Positions 14,616 through 29,715 of a DNA stretch of 64,000 bases are shown here, one piece after another. Position numbers and translations under genes: made by a program. Source of the stretch: Chrysomallon squamiferum (lineage: Eukaryota > Animalia > Mollusca); the NCBI GenBank assembly GCA_012295275.1, contig CM022667.1:5208001-5272000 (forward strand), given 5' to 3'. Numbering within the stretch: the stretch's first letter is position 1; every line of letters begins with the position of its first letter. The notes beneath the pieces are model-generated. The model made no database searches and had not been told where the DNA came from. It saw nothing but the letters and a program-made list of their open reading frames with translations.

Positions 14616-15162
14616 TGTGTGTGTGTGTGTGTGTGCGTGTGTGTCTGTGGCTTAGCTTGTATCGTGTATAACGTTATAACAAAAGCCACAGACACATGAC
14701 AGGTATACTGTGATGAAATAATTTCAATTAGGTGTATCTGGCAATCTTCTTGGAAAAGCCGGAGAAACAAATCGGTTTATGACCCTATCTATTTTCTATT
14801 TAACATAACGTTTTACCAGTTCACCAATAATTGGGTACATTTGTCATTACATAGCCTCACATACCGAAAGAAGCAAAAACGAGAACAAGTACAGACAAAA
14901 TAACGCCAGCAGCAGAGACAACAACAACAACAACAAGAAAAACAAGAATAATGATAGAAGTAATAACAACAACAACAGGAACAACAACAACAAAAATAAT
15001 ACTACTACTACTACTACTACTACTAATAATAATAATAATAAATAAATAAATGACTTTAACAAAAAAATATTAAAGTGTTTGAAACATAGGAAAATAATTT
15101 TATTCATAAGCGAATTATTCACATATATCAAATATTGTTTGAAAGGAGTATCATATGTGTTT

Positions 15163-15205
<43 letters not shown>

Positions 15206-16292
15206 TGTTTGTGCGTGTGCTAAGAATTACAAATAGGCATCGAAAATACATCATAACATCTTAAATCAGGAGTTATAATGTGATCTTTCAGAACTATATT
15301 GTTTACAGCTTACAAGGAACCTCCGTCCGAAAAAACATAAATCAAAATCAACCTTCATAACTCATATCGATTCCTTTAAACCTTTGAGATGTGCAAGACT
15401 AAACACACAACCTGACTAAAATCTAAATAAATATAAATGAAAATAAATAACTAAAAAAGGTTTGTCACTGGAGTAACATAGATACCAATGCTTTAGTAAA
15501 TTTTTAAATTAAAATCTAACAGGTGGAAACATTACATTTTTCATTTTCTTTTTGTACCGATATTGTCTAAGTTTTGTTTGTTACATTATCTCCTGTATCC
15601 TTCGAACTTACGGAAGAAACATTTTGCTTTAAAGTGCCAGATATCCAATATGTTTACAAATTACCTTGTTTCGCGAATTTCATTCCTTGTCATACGTATG
15701 GAATAAAAAATACATACCTATTATTCTACAAAAAAAACACACCAAATATAATAATAATAATAATTATAATAATAAATAATAATGAATAAAAAAAAAAATA
15801 TATATAAAATGAAATAAAATGTTAATAAAGAATGATTTATAAAAGTAAAATATTTGTATCAGTAAATTTTGCTGAATTATGCGTGAGGTACATGATTATT
15901 ACTAGTAAACATTATCATGAAGGTGAAGAACTCCACACAGAGATCCATGGACATTAGTTTGTAATTTGAGACCACACTTATTTGTAACTAGTATTACATA
16001 ATAGGATTATCAGATAAAAAACAATTAAAAGAGTCAAACTTTGTTTTCTAAAACCAACGTATCTTTCGACTTGCACTACAGGAACTCAAACGAATCTCTG
16101 GGTTGAAACATGCAAAATGAAATGCAAGAGTAAGTGAATAGTGTATATTTGTATTTCTTTACTGACAATTCTGCTGAAAATACTATTTCTGCCTTCACTA
16201 TAGATACTACTGCTACTACTATTAATTGTGATCAAATATTTTTGTTTGCTATTCAACTGAAAAGAATACACTGTCAATTAGAAACGTCTTAA

Positions 16293-16313
16293 AAGCAGTC
16301 AAGGTTTTCAGAC
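16293..16313 (-). pseudogene. Inactivated 21-nt linker microexon
   Basis: Aligns to the GQNNLTA microexon but donor G|GTAAG is changed to T|TTAAG. Confidence 0.65.
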
Positions 16314-16445
16314 CTTTAGAAGAGAAAAAGAAAGGAAGAAGATTATATTAGTCATTTGTAATAAATTATGTAAAGGAATAGCAAGGAAATGGAACCAAAC
16401 ATTTATTAAAGTATATTGATTATATCTTAATATAAGACTGATTGC

Positions 16446-16551
<106 letters not shown>

Positions 16552-16553
16552 GC

Positions 16554-16877
16554 CTTGAGATCTTTTAATACATGGAGTATCAGTGACATTAGTAGGATAT
16601 CCATCAGAACACACCCATTGGCCTTCGTCAACTTCCTTGTGGTACTTCTCTATACCGATAGTAATTTGTGTCGGTGAATCTATCCGAGCGCAGTATCCTG
16701 GCCTATTGCCCATGGTTCCACACATTGTTGTCAGGTAATTGCAAGATATAACTTCTTGTTTTTTTGGCCTTAATACTCTTATTCCAGTTCTTACAGTGCC
16801 TTTCATGTTACATGTTAATTTTGTAGGAAATCCTTCTTCGGCTTCATCCAAGCAGTCAGTATATGTTCTTGCCCTTC
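16554..16877 (-). CDS. Ig-like exon type B, copy 4
   Basis: 324 nt open exon, AG|GCAAGT donor. Confidence 0.85.
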
Positions 16878-17290
16878 CTGGAAAGCAAGTTAGTGAATAG
16901 TACAGATATTAAAGATAGGAAACTACTATAATAAAACATTTACTAAATCGTTAAAAATTGATTAATATTCAACAAGTGGAATGGAAACGATTTATTTCTA
17001 GCTATCAATTAATGTATGTATGTATGTATGTACGTATATATGTATGTGTGTGTGTCTGTGTGTATGTATGCATGTATGTATGCATATATGCGTCTGTATG
17101 TGTATTAACAGAAATTATAGAAACTAAAATTAATACTATTAAAAGAAATATCGTATATGGTAGATAATTAAAGGAGATTATACAGACACAAAGTATGAAA
17201 GGAATATAAATAATTCTTTAAAGAACTGTACACAGTATTTTTAGAGAATCGACAACTACTGTTCTCTCTGCTTCAACTATTTGTACTTAC

Positions 17291-17311
17291 CTTGATAAGG
17301 AATATACCTTC
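17291..17311 (-). CDS. 21-nt linker microexon (GRYIPYQ)
   Basis: AG/GTAAGT, phase 1-1. Confidence 0.75.
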
Positions 17312-17844
17312 CTACAGAGCAGGAGAAAAGAAAGAAAAACAATTCTATTTTGTTAGTAGTGAGAAACAAACACTAATAAATGAGTTTTCAATGTGAGAAA
17401 AATCGAAATGATTTCATTATTAAATTGAGAAAAAATTGAGACAAAAAAGAAAGAGTAATGTGGTGATAAATATATATATGAACATCTGGTGTTTAGAATC
17501 ATATCGTGATGTGTTGGGTCAACAATATCTGAACTTCTTGTGTACACAGCCATTCAAATTTTTTAAACCTATAGTCAATGCAATCAGGTGGTAAATATTT
17601 GTACATCGCCACCCACATGCTTGAGAGACAATTAGGACCAATAATTCAGACTAACTCGAGGCATGAACCGGAGTCACAATAGAAAAACACTGGGAATTTG
17701 AATGATCTACAAAATTCTCATTCCACAAAAATGGGCGAGATAACTGCACGTCGTGATGTCTATAGATGAGTCATTACTTGTTTATGCGTGTGCGTCTGTG
17801 TGTTTCTATATGTAAGAGCTAGAGAAATAATGTTTAATAATGTT

Positions 17845-17906
<62 letters not shown>

Positions 17907-17940
17907 CATAATAATAAAAATCTAGTTCGAAATTTCTTAC

Positions 17941-17955
17941 CTGTAGCTATTATAG
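17941..17955 (-). CDS. 15-nt linker microexon (xIIAT)
   Basis: AG/GTAAGA, phase 1-1. Confidence 0.65.
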
Positions 17956-18039
17956 CTATAATATAAAAATGGGAAATAAGGTTCATTATTACGTCACATG
18001 TATCGAATTTACTGATTATCTACCAGACAATTAAAGCAA

Positions 18040-18106
<67 letters not shown>

Positions 18107-18642
18107 TTAATGTTAATAATAATAATAATACAACTAAAAATAAAAGTTTAAAAAATCTACAAATATAAATATTAATAAAATAAATAAAAAATTAAAGAAA
18201 CTAAAATGAAAGTAAATGAAGAGTAAATTATAAGAAGCTCTTTAGATAGGAAATGCATGTTAAAATTTAGTGATTTATGAAGAATTTAGGATAATTTGGT
18301 CTGAAAATGCTGAATTCTCTAATTTTAACATAATCTGGGAGTCTTCACATATTCAAATTACAATAATTCGTCAATTTCCGTGAAATGTATTTTTTTTTCT
18401 ATCAATTCATAGGTAATTAAATACCCTTAGATTACAGTGGGTTGTACACAAGATAAAATAAGCAATGTCATAGTTAATCTACATACAGCAGAATAGAAAT
18501 AGCTGTGTCGGATGGTTTCTAATGAAGTTTTGCTGTAACATTTGAAAATAGCATCCCTACAGAAATATGATGATTTCATAAATAATTGAGTTTTTTTAAA
18601 AAATATTTTCGAATTGAACATTAAAGTTTTAATTTTACTTAC

Positions 18643-18963
18643 GTTGACTACTTTTGTCACAGGTAGTTTCACCAACCCCAGGAGGTGTTCCGTCAGTGCA
18701 GGTCCACTCTCCTTCATCGACATTTTTTCTGAAGTTTTGTATCATAATAGTTATTTCTGAGGCTGAATCTACTATAACACAATATTCTACTCTTTTGAGA
18801 ACACAAGTACAAACTGTGTTACGATTACAATCTATAACTAACTGACCATCTGGTCTACGAACTTGTATTCCGTACTTTACAGTGCCGTATATACGACATA
18901 TCAGTTGTGATTCCCGTGCATTATTTGGACCATTTAAACAGTCTAAATACGTCTTTGCTTTTT
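18643..18963 (-). CDS. Ig-like exon type A, copy 5 (extra Cys: NTVCTCVL; missed by ORF track)
   Basis: 321 nt open exon, ctacag acceptor, GTAAGT donor. Confidence 0.85.
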
Positions 18964-19108
18964 CTGTAGAAAAAAGAAGAAAAAAGAAGAAAAAAGAAGA
19001 AAAAAGAATAATTAAAAAAAAGAATGTGTTTATATATACATATAGATAAATATATAGATAGATATATGAATAGATAGATAGACGGGTGGATAATAAATAA
19101 CCTAGATC

Positions 19109-19223
<115 letters not shown>

Positions 19224-19439
19224 ATCGGTTTATGACCCTATCTATTTTCTATTTAACAGAACGTTTTACCAGTTCACCAATAATTGGGTACATTTCTCGT
19301 TACATAGCCTCACATACCGAAAGAAGCAAAAAACGAGAACAAGTACAGGCAAAACAACACCAACAGCAGAGACAACAACAACAACAACCGGAAAAACAAG
19401 AATAATGATAGAAGTAATAACAACAACAACAACAACAAC

Positions 19440-19473
<34 letters not shown>

Positions 19474-19608
19474 TAAACAGCTTTAATAAAAAAAATATTA
19501 AAGTGTTTGAAACATAGGATAATAATTTTATTCATAAGCGAATTATTCACATATATCAAATATTGTTTGAAAGGAGTATCATATGTGTTTCTGTGTGTGT
19601 GTGTGTGT

Positions 19609-19640
<32 letters not shown>

Positions 19641-20649
19641 CTGTTTGTGCGTGTGCTAAGAATTACAAATAGGCGTCGAAAATACATCATAACATCTTAA
19701 ATCAGGAGTTATAATGTGATCTTTCAGAACTATATTGTTTACAGCTTACAAGGAACCTCCGTCCGAAAAAACATAAATCAAAATCAACCTTCATAACTCA
19801 TATCAATTCCTTTAAACCTTTGAGGTGTGCAAGACTAAACACAGACAAAGACTAAAATCTGAATAAATATAAATAAACATAGATAACTAAAAAAGGTTTG
19901 TCATTGAAGTAACATAGATACCAATGTTTTAGTAAATTTTTCTTTTTGTACCGATATTGTCTAAGTTTTCTTTGTTACATTATCTCCTGTATCCTTCGAA
20001 CGTACGGAAAAAACATTTTGCTTTAAAGTGCCAGATATCCAATATGTTTACAAATTACCTCGCTTCGCGAATTTCATTTCTTGTCAGACGTATCCAATAA
20101 AAAATACATACCTATTATTCTACAAAAAATAAATAAAATAAAATAAAATAAAAATAAAATAAAAAAATTATAATAATCAATAATAAAAAAAAAAAATAAG
20201 GAAATAAATTAATAAATTAAATAAAATTATAGAAATACAATAAAATAATATGAAAGTAGGTAATGACTTATATTAGTAAAATATTTGTATCAGTAAGTTT
20301 TGCTGAATTATGCATGACGTGCATCATTATTACTAGTAAACATTATCATGAAGGTGAAGAACTCCAAACAGATATCCATGGACAGTAGTTTGTAATTTGA
20401 GACCACACTTATTTGTAACTAGTATTACATAATAGGATTATAAGAGAAAAAACAATTAAAAGAATCAAATGTTTTCTAAAACCAACGTATCTTTCGACTT
20501 GCACTGTAGGAACTCAAACGAATCTCTGGGTTGAAATATGCAAAATGAAGTAGAAGAGGAGTGTGGATGGTGTATATCTGTATTTCTTAACTGAAAATTC
20601 TGCTGAAAATACTATTTCTGCCGTGACTATAGATACTATTTTACTACTA

Positions 20650-20684
<35 letters not shown>

Positions 20685-20801
20685 ACTACTACTACTACTA
20701 CTGCTGCTGCTACTACTACTACTACAACTATTAATTGTGATCAAATATTTTTGTTTGCTATTCAACTGAAAAGAATACACTGTCAATTAGAAACGTCTTA
20801 A

Positions 20802-20822
20802 AAGCAGTCAAGGTTTTGAGAC
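20802..20822 (-). pseudogene. Inactivated 21-nt linker microexon
   Basis: Same donor loss (T|TTAAG) as at 16293. Confidence 0.65.
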
Positions 20823-20961
20823 CTTTAGAAGAGAAAAAGAAAGGAAGAAGATTATATTAGTCATTTGTAATAAATTATGTAAAGGGATAGCAAGGAAATG
20901 GAACCAAACGTTTATTAAAATATATTGATTATATCTTTATATAAGACTAATTGCTATGCTT

Positions 20962-21022
<61 letters not shown>

Positions 21023-21038
21023 TAATAATAATACTTGC

Positions 21039-21362
21039 CTTGAGTTCTTTTTATACATGGAGTATCAGTGACATTAGTAGGATATCCATCAGAACACACC
21101 CATTGGCCTTCATCAACTTCCTTGTGGAACTTCTCTATACCGATAGTAATTTGTGTCGGTGAATCTATCCGAGCGCAGTATCCTGGCTTATTGCCCATGG
21201 TCATACACATTGTTGTAAGGTAATTGCAAGATATAACTTCTTGTTTTTTTGGCCTTAACACTCTTATTCCAGTTGTTACAGTGCCTTTCATGTTACATGT
21301 TAATTTTGTAGGAAATCCTTCTTCGGCTTCATCCAAGCAGTCAGTATATGTTCTTGCTCTTC
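21039..21362 (-). CDS. Ig-like exon type B, copy 5
   Basis: 324 nt open exon, AG|GCAAGT donor. Confidence 0.85.
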
Positions 21363-21799
21363 CTGGAAAGAAAGTTAATGAATATTACAGATATTAAAGA
21401 TAGGAAACTACTATAATAAAACATTTACTAAATCGTTAAAAATTGATTATGATTCAACAAGTGGAATGGAAAGGATTTATTTCTATCTATCAATCTATGT
21501 ATGTATGTATGCACGTATATATGTATGTATGTGTGTATGTATGTATGTATATACGTATATATTTATGTGTGTATGTATGTATGTATGTATGTACATATGC
21601 GTGTCTATGTGTATTAACAGAAATTAAGGAAACGAAAATTAATACTATTAAAAGAAATGTCGTATATGGTAGATAATTAAAGGATTTTATAAAGACACAA
21701 AATATGAAAGCAATATAAATAATTCTTTAAAGAAATATACAGAGTATTTTTAGAAAATTAACAACTACTGTTCTCTCTGCTACAACTATTTGTACTTAC

Positions 21800-21820
21800 G
21801 TTGAGGAGGATTATATTTTC
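21800..21820 (-). CDS. 21-nt linker microexon (GKYNPPQ)
   Basis: AG/GTAAGT, phase 1-1. Confidence 0.7.
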
Positions 21821-22264
21821 CTACACAGGCGGAGAAAAGAATGAAAAACAACACGATGTTGTTAGTAATGAGAAAAGAAACACTATAAATGATTTTTTAA
21901 TTTCAGAAAGAAACGAAATGATTTCTTAAAAAATTGAGAAGAAAAAACAGTGTAATATGGTGATAAATATGTATATAAACATCTGGTGTTTAGAATCAGA
22001 TCGTGGTGTGTTGGGTCAACAATATCTGAACTTCTTTTGTACCCAACCATTCAATTTTATTTGGTCATAAAGTCAATGCAGTCAGGTGGTTAATATTTGT
22101 ACACGGCCACCCACATGCTTGAGAGACAGTTAGGACTAATAATTAAGGGGAACTCCCCGCATGAATCGGAGTCACAATAGAAAAACGCCTGGAATTTGAA
22201 TGATCTACAAAATTCTCATTCCTCAAAAATATGCGAGATGATTTCCCGTCATGATGTCTGTACA

Positions 22265-22553
22265 TGATCCTTCATCGACATTTCTTAAAAAATAGTAGTA
22301 GTAGTAGTAGTAAAAATAATAATAATAATAATAGTAATTTCTGAGGGTGAATCTAATATAACACAGTATCGTCGTTGATCGAGAACACTAGTACAGACTG
22401 TATTCCGATCACAATCTATAACTAACTGACCATCTGTCCTGCGAATTTGTATTCCGTACTTTACTTCGCCGATGAGACTACATTTCAGTTGTGATGGCCG
22501 TGCATCTTTTGGACCATTGAAACAGTCTAAGTTTGTCACTTTTTCATTTTTTT
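22265..22553 (-). pseudogene. Broken divergent type A Ig exon (KNEKVTNLDCFNGP...)
   Basis: Good acceptor, but an ATT/ACT microsatellite inside the exon shifts frame to a stop at 22285; NVDEG follows out of frame; exon 3' end and donor are absent. Confidence 0.8.
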
Positions 22554-22605
22554 CTGAAAAGAAAAAAAAAACATTTAGATAATCTACTATAAAAAACCTG
22601 TTTTT

Positions 22606-22724
<119 letters not shown>

Positions 22725-22912
22725 TCATGCAATGTTATACAATAATCTCAGTTGTTTAGAACTGGAAATATTTTTTCAAAAATCGGAAAAAAAAAAAATA
22801 GATTATTGATTTGGCACTAGCTGCTGGTTTTTTTCTTAAGAGACGACAGCATTTTCCCCATTAATAAGTGAGTAACTTCGACCATATGCTATGTAAATAA
22901 TAATAATAACAA

Positions 22913-22970
<58 letters not shown>

Positions 22971-23168
22971 AATAATAAGAATAAGAATAAGAATAAAATA
23001 ATATTCATAACAAGAAGAAGAAGAAGAAGAAGGACATAAAAGATAACAGCTACAACAACAGCACCAATTATGCTCATTGAATACAACCAGGACCAAGTGT
23101 CATACTGTTAATATAGAAGTGAAACTGAGTATGATGATAATGATTATTCAAAATATATTTATATGACG

Positions 23169-23217
<49 letters not shown>

Positions 23218-23318
23218 AAAATTAAAATAAAAATAATAATAAAAAAAATAAAATCGAAAAATAATTAAGATGAAATATAGAGAACGTAAAAATATAGGAG
23301 TAATAATATTTTAAAAAA

Positions 23319-23414
<96 letters not shown>

Positions 23415-23489
23415 AAGAAGAAAAAGAACAACAACAACAACAACAACAACTACAACAAAGACAAGAGTAATAATAATAATGAAACTTAC

Positions 23490-23516
23490 CATTGTCATTA
23501 CTGTCCCTTTTATGTC
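23490..23516 (-). CDS. 27-nt microexon (RHKRDSNDN)
   Basis: tttttaatcag acceptor, G|GTAAGT donor, phase 1-1. Confidence 0.7.
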
Positions 23517-24780
23517 CTGATTAAAAAATAAAATTAATAAATCAATTAATCTTCATTACTGATAAACTGTAGAGATTGCTGGAGTGAGTTGTATTGATCT
23601 AATTAATCTCATTCTTATTCTTATGTTATTTTAGCCGATTTAGAAAGTAATTTCAGAAGCAAATGGTAGATTTTAGCCTCAATATTTTACAGGATGTATA
23701 GTCACTTGCGGAATACAGTTCATAGATAAAAAAAAAAAAGAAGAAAAAAAAAAAAATAAAACATTTAAAAGTTCCAAAATGATAAATAATAATAAATAAT
23801 TAACATGACTGTGAAAGAAGATTTAGTATCGTATTATTTTAATCATTTGTTTTCATCAGTTATATTTCTTCATATTTTTATCATAAATTAGATTTTCTTT
23901 TTCTTTTAATGGGTCCAGAATAGCGAAGTCTCCTGTCTATTTTTGATTTAAAAATAAATAAATAAACACAAGAATAGTGTTCTCTGTATAAAAATATATT
24001 TTTGAAGTTGGATAGTGAACAGTATAGTCATACTTCAGAGACTGGATTGATTTATTTCATGTTGTTTCTCACATGATGCATTACGGATAGTTGATAAGAA
24101 AAGTAATTCCTTGAATTTGAATCGATATTTGATAAAATACTTTTTTTATATAATGGAAATGAACTGAGAATGTTTTGGAAAAGGTATCTTCATGTATTGT
24201 TACTGATATCCCGATTAAAGTCCAGTTCAATATCACATGATCCACAAGTTTTGTTCAGAATGAAAATCTCATGAGCTCCCTTTCCAGCAGAATCACCATT
24301 ATGAATGATGGCCCATTGGTTGCTGAAATACTGTGACCTAAAGAAAGGTGGTCATCCGTCTTTTGTTTAAAAATATTACTTTTTGAAGAGTCTAAATTAC
24401 AAAATTATCAATCCAACGAAGATTATTATTTGATGCTTTGGGTTTTGATAGCAACATTTATAAAAATTTAAAAAATTTCAGGTTTGGTGAAAGACACAGT
24501 TTGTTTTAGACGCCGGTGGTAATTCTCATAGTCAGCATTCTTGGACGTGACACAGATCCACTGTAGGTTAATGTTGATATGACAGAAAGAAAAATACGTT
24601 CCTGCTAAATTAATATAAATCCCACTATTTAAAAACAAATTGAAAGCCCAGCACGCACGAAATAAGACGCGCAAAACGCATATAAACACAAATCTGGTAT
24701 GAAAACTTATATGTATTTATGAACATCTGTCTGTGTGCTTATCTCTCTATATGTATGATGCAAGTTTTTGAATAACTTAC

Positions 24781-25104
24781 TTGGAATAGTTTTGCTGCAT
24801 GTTGTTTCACCAACACCACGCGACTCTCCATCGCTGCAAACCCACAGACCTTCGTCTTTTTTACTGAAAGAATGTACGGTGACAGTGATGATGTCACCCT
24901 GAATCACTGCAGTGTATCGTTTATCGGATGTCTCACACTTCGTATTCAGACGATTACAAACAACAACTTCTTCAGGAAGACCAGCGTCTAGCCGTGTAAA
25001 TCTTATTCCTTGTGTTACAGGACCAAGCACCGTACACTTTACTTTCGTAGTTTGTCCGTCCTGTGGAGCTTCCAGACAATCTATATTCGTTCTAGCTAAT
25101 CCCA
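24781..25104 (-). CDS. Divergent, probably N-terminal Ig-like exon (GLARTNIDCLEAP...DEGLWVC...TCSKTIP)
   Basis: 324 nt, gcctag acceptor, GTAAGT donor, phase 1-1, 6 Cys aligned to types A and B. Confidence 0.85.
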
Positions 25105-25111
25105 CTAGGCA

Positions 25112-25189
<78 letters not shown>

Positions 25190-25907
25190 AATAAATAAAT
25201 AATAATAATAATATAATAATAATAATAATTTAATAATAATATCTTTAATTAATTCTAATACATTAATAAAAAAAAATGTATAAATTTTAACAGGTATTTT
25301 TATCTTGAAGCAGAATATATCGAGGGTGGGGGGAAATGGAGTGTGTATTTAGAGACATAAGACACGAAGAAGTAAATTATCCAAACCCCAACTGAACTTC
25401 ATTTTTCCATGTGTATTTATACAAATTTGAGAGTATTATTATTTTCACTTCGTGGACTTTGCTAAAATCGAATAATAATACTTCGTGAAGTGCTTGAAAT
25501 AAAACCCGTCCAAAAGCCGTGTTCACAAATATGACAACTGCGCATGTCAGGCGGAAGTGACAGTTTAATAGTAGAAAACATAATAAACAGCCTTACGGTT
25601 AATTATCTAATTGTGTCTAAAAGTTAAAATAAAAATTGCAAAACGACAATATAATAAACTAGTGTAACTAGAACGAGTATTCATTAGTTTCACACACTAA
25701 CCCGATATTGATACAAACTCTTGGATGATGATGAAACGGATAATAGTCTTCATATTATGATTTCACTGAAAATAAGATATATTAAAATATGATTACTTTA
25801 TATTATGGTAATGTTATCAAAAATAAGGGTGTTAGATAGGTGCAAATTTACAAAAGTGGTATTTAGTGTGGTCTTTTTATTATTTATTCATTTATTTATA
25901 TTTATTT

Positions 25908-25970
<63 letters not shown>

Positions 25971-27389
25971 TATTATTATTATTATTATTATACTTTTTAT
26001 TATTATTTTTTTTTTTCATAGATCATCATCGAGGTATCCATTACAAATATACATAGAATACTCACTGAACCTTCTAGTTAGGATGGATTTATACGATTGA
26101 GAAAAGAAATTATGAAGAGGAAACCGAATAAAAACCACGGTATTTCTTTTCAACTTCTGTTTTTACGTCTTTTCCTTTAAGTTTGATGATGGTATTACCA
26201 GAAAGTAGGAAAATTTATTATAACTGCTTGTATGATATCTATCTTCATTGCACGAGACGCTAGATAATCTGTCGATTGCGTCATTAATTTGAACGTTACG
26301 TCATCTCAAGAAATAAAACCATGTGTTCTAGCAGAAAAATATGGACAAATCTTTTACATCTGTAAGAATATTTGTATTTATTTATTTAGTTACTTATTTT
26401 TTATCGTTTTATTATTTTTATTATTATTATTATTTTTTTCAAAATCTGCTCATATTTTAAAGCATGTGTAGATATACAAGTAATTAAAATAAGTAATGCA
26501 TGCAGACATTGTGTATTATTATAACTATTAGCGGAAGAGTGGGGTCTAGTATTGCAGGTAGCCTGTGAATTCGAGGTAAGCGAAGAGTAGGACAGATGGT
26601 TATGGACGCAGAAGAAACATTTCTTTACTAATATGCAGTGGGGACATTTATTTATTAGTTATTATTTACGTTTCTAATAAACAAAGGTAATTCATTTCCT
26701 TTAATTATATTTGCATATTTTACTCAGGTATCACAAATAACTGGTGTATAAGAATATATATATATATATATATAAAGAAATACAAATTCTTTACTAAATT
26801 TTATTGCACATAGACAGGCATACTTGCAAATTATGGTGGTCCACATATCTGTACAGAAGTTTGAATGGTTTTGTTAAAGCATAGTTCTGTGAAAGATGTT
26901 TTTATCCATTATAACATGTATAATTACTTTGCTGGAGACTTGCTATGGATTTGTATTTGTTGAGTTCGACTCTCTTGAGCATAGAGAAAACAAACTTCAT
27001 AATAGAAACTATCTGGAATTTTTGTCGGCGAGATCATAAAAGAAAACTGGCAACATTATATTTGAAGTAAGATCATATTTAACATGGTGTCAAGAATCAT
27101 GGGATTGCTGCTTACATGTTTATTGTATATTTGAATCAAGAATATGAGATATTTGTTTTATTGTACCCACGTGAATAATTCCATGTTTTATTTTACTTAG
27201 AAGTGGGAATTTAGTTTTAATTATACAGAACAGAAGCAAGTTTGCTTTTCTACTACTCCATTAGTAATCAAAATATGATACGCTTTAAATCGACTACTAC
27301 TACTACTACTACTACTATTTGTAATATTATTATTCTTGTTAAGCATTAGTACTGTGCTCTTAATTTTTGGTTATATCTAACAAGTATGA

Positions 27390-27420
<31 letters not shown>

Positions 27421-28579
27421 TTGAGGCTGAATATTTTTGATGTAAGATTTTTTTCTGTTAATGCAGTTATGACGGAAGGAAGTTGTTTCATTTCTAGTGT
27501 AAATCAAAGAAAACTAAATCAAAGACCTGCTGGGCTTTTTATGTCGTCGATTTAATTACGTGAAAATAGGATATTTCACTGTTACAGCTGGTTTTGTTGG
27601 CAACTAGGTCATGTTCGCAAGCTGTTGTTGCCTATAACAATATCGTTAATTTGTTGTAGACAAAAGGTTCATGATTTCGAAAGTGTCGTCTTTAAAGTCT
27701 TTAGCCTACGATATCTCTACACAACAGGTCCAGCTCTGCATATTACAACAAACATCATGTGCAGATGATCAGATGGTTCCTAGGAAACAGAACGACACAG
27801 GGTGCCAATACGTTGTTCTAGTAGTACTACCTGTCACTCTTGATACACAGAGCTATAATAACTGCATGACCAACAAAATAAAAAATGATTTAAAGAAATA
27901 ACGTTCCGCAGTGACTATTCAACATTCCTCGGAAAATTGAGAGTGACACGTGTAGAGGGCACCTGCGTGATGCACGTGCAAACTATGAAATTTGTTTATT
28001 AACAGCCTGAATGTTCTTTTTACTGGCACGTGTCCGCTCAAAACATATGATCCGTCAAATAGCTGGCATTAACGTTTTTATATTTCAGTTTTCCCCCACT
28101 TTGTTGGAAGTGTATATAATTTTACAATCTCACACATATACACACACACACACATACACACACTCACACATATGATGTTTATACTGATTTATAACTTTCC
28201 CGATACATAGAGTTGAAAATACCGATAGGAGAAATTTTGGAAAAAAGTATCCGTGGTTTAGGGGTTTCAGTCGTTGTTACTATGGTAACTTGATTCTGGA
28301 TCTCTTACCGGTATCTGCATTGATAGAAAGATTTGTACTTGACTGACAATAAGAACACGAAAATATTTGATACAATTTTTTAATATAGAAACCATCGAGA
28401 TTAAAATAAGTTATTTTGTATTGTCAATCTGCTATATGAAATAAAATATGATTAGCTAACAAGTAAAATTGATAATAACATGAAGTTAGTTTTATATTTC
28501 AGTATTATCATATGTTTCCCAAACACAGATACATAAACGTAAAACTACAAACACATCACTCGAACGTAATGATAAAATA

Positions 28580-28629
<50 letters not shown>

Positions 28630-28729
28630 AAGAAAATCTCGGTCACATAAAACATAAATATATATTACAATTAAACTCTAGCAGAAATTAACCACAAATA
28701 AAACAAATTAGTTAAGTGTTCCTATTCTG

Positions 28730-28865
28730 TTACTTTGAAACGTTGTTGCTTCTATCAATCTTGTCAGCTTCAAAAGCAGGGTTCTCAAATGACTTATTTT
28801 CTTCTGATTTTGCTCCACATTTTTTCTCAGGAAATGTTTCGTAAACAACTTTGAGTTTAATGGAC
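28730..28865 (-). CDS. Terminal cytoplasmic-tail exon (SIKLKVVYETFPEKKCGAKSEENKSFENPAFEADKIDRSNNVSK*)
   Basis: ttcacag acceptor, phase 2 matches TM exon; paralogue of identical length at 47761-47896. Confidence 0.85.
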
Positions 28866-29152
28866 CTGTGAACAAAATTTATTTAAAATTAAACATTATG
28901 TTTTAAGAAATTATTCTTCATATAAGGATAAAGGGTAGGAGACTATAATATTTAATTGATGTGTGTTTTTTATCCCACCAGATAAATAGTAACAGCTATA
29001 AAACTTAACTGCATCCACTTTCAACCATCTGCGTCTAGTAGATCCAGTTGCATAAACATTTATTTTTGTGATAGATAAAAAAAAGGAAACAAAAAAAAAA
29101 AGAAAAGAAGAGGAAAGAAAGAAGAAACCAAATCCCGGTGGCCCCACTGCCC

Positions 29153-29183
<31 letters not shown>

Positions 29184-29493
29184 AAAAATCAAACAAAGAA
29201 ACAACAAACAAATGAAAACAAACACAACAAACTCATTTACAATTTTTTAGCGTTTGGTTGAGAAGTAAGTCTGATATTTATTTATTTGATCAGACAAAAA
29301 AGTTCGTACAGAATAACCGATTTGGAACACGACTTTGCATAGCCGAATGGACAAAACAGACCAAACAATTTTGCCGATTTACATGATCTTTCTTCTCTTG
29401 TAGTTTTACTTGAATATACAAAATTACTCTACAGTCTCTGTCTGGCATTAATAATGTATTTTCTTATTTAATATACATGTATATATGTATTAC

Positions 29494-29560
29494 CTTTTCC
29501 AAGCTATGACCAGCAGAAAAACAACTACACTCGCAAAAGTCGCTACAGATACAAATACAC
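29494..29560 (-). CDS. Transmembrane exon (GVFVSVATFASVVVFLLVIAWKR)
   Basis: ttttgtag acceptor, AG|GTAATA donor, 67 nt phase 1-2, hydrophobic run ending in WKR. Confidence 0.85.
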
Positions 29561-29715
29561 CTACAAAAGAAACGTAATAAAAATAATAAATCATTTTAGA
29601 AACGAATGAATGAATGAATGAATGGATGAATGGATGAATGAATGAATGCATTGAAAACTAAATATCTAAATAGATAAGTAAATATACAAAATATTAAATA
29701 AAACATATTACTTAC

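Noticed and set aside
25105-28700. Signal-peptide or first exon of the left locus
   Set aside because: Donor-like sites near 25596, 26065, 27830 and 28308 gave no convincing in-phase hydrophobic leader
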